Source of the DNA: Atractiella rhizophila
Lineage: Eukaryota
Length of the DNA: 44,476 nt
Assembly (NCBI GenBank): GCA_021432655.1
Contig: MU271194.1
Span: forward strand, 143,522-187,997
Direction of reading: 5' to 3'
A model generated the notes under the pieces. The model was not told where the DNA came from and ran no database searches. It saw only the letters and a list, made by a program, of their open reading frames with translations. A program made the translations under genes and the position numbers. Positions 42,565 to 44,476 of the stretch are shown piece by piece (position 1 is the stretch's first letter; each line of letters opens with the position of its first letter).

Positions 42565-43678
42565 ATGTCGTCCCTCGTACTTTGGAATGACAACATCGCC
42601 TGGTATATCGGGATTGCCGACACTACATGGCGCAGAAATTTCGTCGCTCCCAACAAGAAAAAGCTTGCCCTCCCCTCTCCTCTCCCCTTACCTCCGAGTG
42701 TAGGTTCCAAAGTAGTGAAGAAGCACTATGGTCTACCCGGAGACGGCAAGAATTTACCCGTTACACCTGCAGTTCAACAATTCGCTCAGGGATTGGGGGA
42801 TCCTACTGCACTCGGCCAACTTGTTCAAGAGGGAGAGATTTTGGAATTGGAGGATGGTGACTTGGGACCTGACGTTGTTCAATTCATCATGGACACTGAA
42901 GATTTGTGGCTTGGTGACACTCTCGTCGCCGATGCCGCTGAAAATGGAGTAGAAGACCTGGCAGAGATGGGGGTGGAACTTTCAGAAGACTTATTGTTGG
43001 AGCTGGGGTTGCTACTCCTATCAACGCCAGGAGTGAGTGTAGTCGCCCGTATAATTCTATACTGACAAGACTCCACAGATTAGCCTGGTCAAACAGCTGC
43101 AGTATCAGGCACCGGACTCGAAAACGCTGTTGAAGAGACAGATTCGTCAGGCGGCTCTTACTAGCGGGGTCGCTCCTGACTATCAGATCCATTGGCTGAA
43201 TTTAACCTCGACCGATTGGACTTTGACATCTCAATACGAGCGCTCCAATCCCTTCATCCACTACACCCAACTTCCTAGCCAAACCTTGAAGGGCTCTCTC
43301 GGCACTAGTGATCTCGCGTGGATCGACAACGCAAACGATCTTGCCTCTACTCCTTGCGATAACTACGCTACCTACACTTCGTCCACTGACAGCAATATCT
43401 GGTTCGGCGTTGAGATCCATGTCCCCACGCAGGTCTTCCACATTGGCGACTCGCCTTGGTATCGCGTTAGCTATGCAGCTGACGGCCAACAGGGCCAGTT
43501 TTGGGACCCTGTCTCTGATCCAGGATCTCCTTACAGCTTTCAAATTGGAGATGTGAAAGTTTCAATTACCTCAATCTCAGGGGGGACGGTAAGTCACACC
43601 TCTCTCTTCTGACATCACTGAAGTTTGTTTTAGTCCCTTTCTTTGACAGTCCAGTTACAGACCGTGACTTCTAAGTGA
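42565..43678 (+). CDS. Uncharacterised 3-exon protein (acidic-hydrophobic middle, beta-rich aromatic C-terminal domain)
   Basis: Exons 42565-43032, 43079-43588 and 43634-43678 join in frame through GTGAGT..CAG and GTAAGT..TAG introns. Confidence 0.8.
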
Positions 43679-43953
43679 ACGTCGGTGAAGCAACACCGAA
43701 TGTCATATACTGGATACTGAACTAATTCAAATGCCTGTTCCTTGCATGACAACGTGAGACGAAGCTTGCAAATGCGACGAGTATTGCGTGCTCTTTGCCC
43801 AGGGGTGACAACGGGAATGCCATATTGAAGGTCGGGAAGGAGTCTCAGCATAATCAAAAGTGCGCAGTGAATAACCAGATTTCGTCCCTGAATCAAGATC
43901 CATTCTTCACAAAAATTTATATATACACCTTTGCCAAGGGGAATCGTGGTTCT

Positions 43954-44476
43954 CTAAACCGAGAAGCCACAGCCTTGTTTACCAGCTTGCGTCTGAGCGC
44001 CTGGGCCAGAGCAAATTCCGATGGTCGTTCCATCCGTGAGCGGAAGGGTAGCGCAGCAGGTCGAACCGCAATCAGAGGAGTTGAGGCATTGACCGCCGAT
44101 GAACTGCTTGCCTGCACCATTTCCGAGATTCTTCACGCCTACACAGACAGCGTTCAGTAAGGAACATGAGCGCAAAGCGGTGAATCATAGACTAACCTGC
44201 GGGGTCAGGCTTAAGCCCTGAAGCGGCGGCACCGGTAGCAGGGGTGCTGAGTTTAGATCCGGAAGAACCTGCTGCTGGAGCTGGAGATGCGGCAGCGGGA
44301 GATTTGGAAGGAGAGGTGAGCGAGGTTGAGGAGGAGAAGCCGCAACCTTGCTTTCCGGCCTGAGTCTGAGCTCCAGGTCCGGAACAGATACCAATGGTGG
44401 TACCATCCGTCAAGGGAAGGGTAAGTAGTGACCAGTCACGGACTCGTTGCGCCTAACGCCAAGGCCAACAACGCGA
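43954..44476 (-). CDS. BAS2-like (biotrophy-associated secreted protein 2) Cys-rich repeat protein, 3' part
   Basis: GNGAGKQFIGGQCLNSSDCGSTCCA...GICSGPGAQTQAGKQGCGF is a six-Cys unit. A second partial unit lies at ~44335-44420, with an Ala/Ser/Pro linker and one intron between them. Confidence 0.75.

Overview
Eukaryotic, intron-rich fungal DNA (short ~45-60 nt GT/GC-AG introns, microexons). The gene content suggests a basidiomycete, plausibly Pucciniomycotina (inference). Left to right: (1) two tandem YCF1/MRP-type ABCC transporter genes, the first 5'-truncated by the window; (2) two related minus-strand transmembrane + helical-bundle genes of unknown function; (3) an accessory block at ~13-31 kb with a 28-bp minisatellite, an APH-like phosphotransferase pseudogene, a KpsF/GutQ-like SIS sugar-phosphate isomerase, a 1.1-kb tandem duplication that creates a chimeric F-box gene, a decayed Mutator-like (MULE) transposase lying convergent with a decayed TET/JBP-like 2OG-Fe(II) dioxygenase, and a solo LTR with a 5-bp TSD splitting another F-box gene; (4) BLM10/PA200 proteasome activator, with a candidate intronic box C/D snoRNA, clustered frameshifts and an assembly gap; (5) a GT49 glycosyltransferase, an uncharacterised 3-exon gene, and the 3' part of a BAS2-like Cys-rich repeat gene. 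The most notable candidate system is the MULE transposase + TET/JBP pairing. All family calls come from motif recognition by eye; no searches were run.
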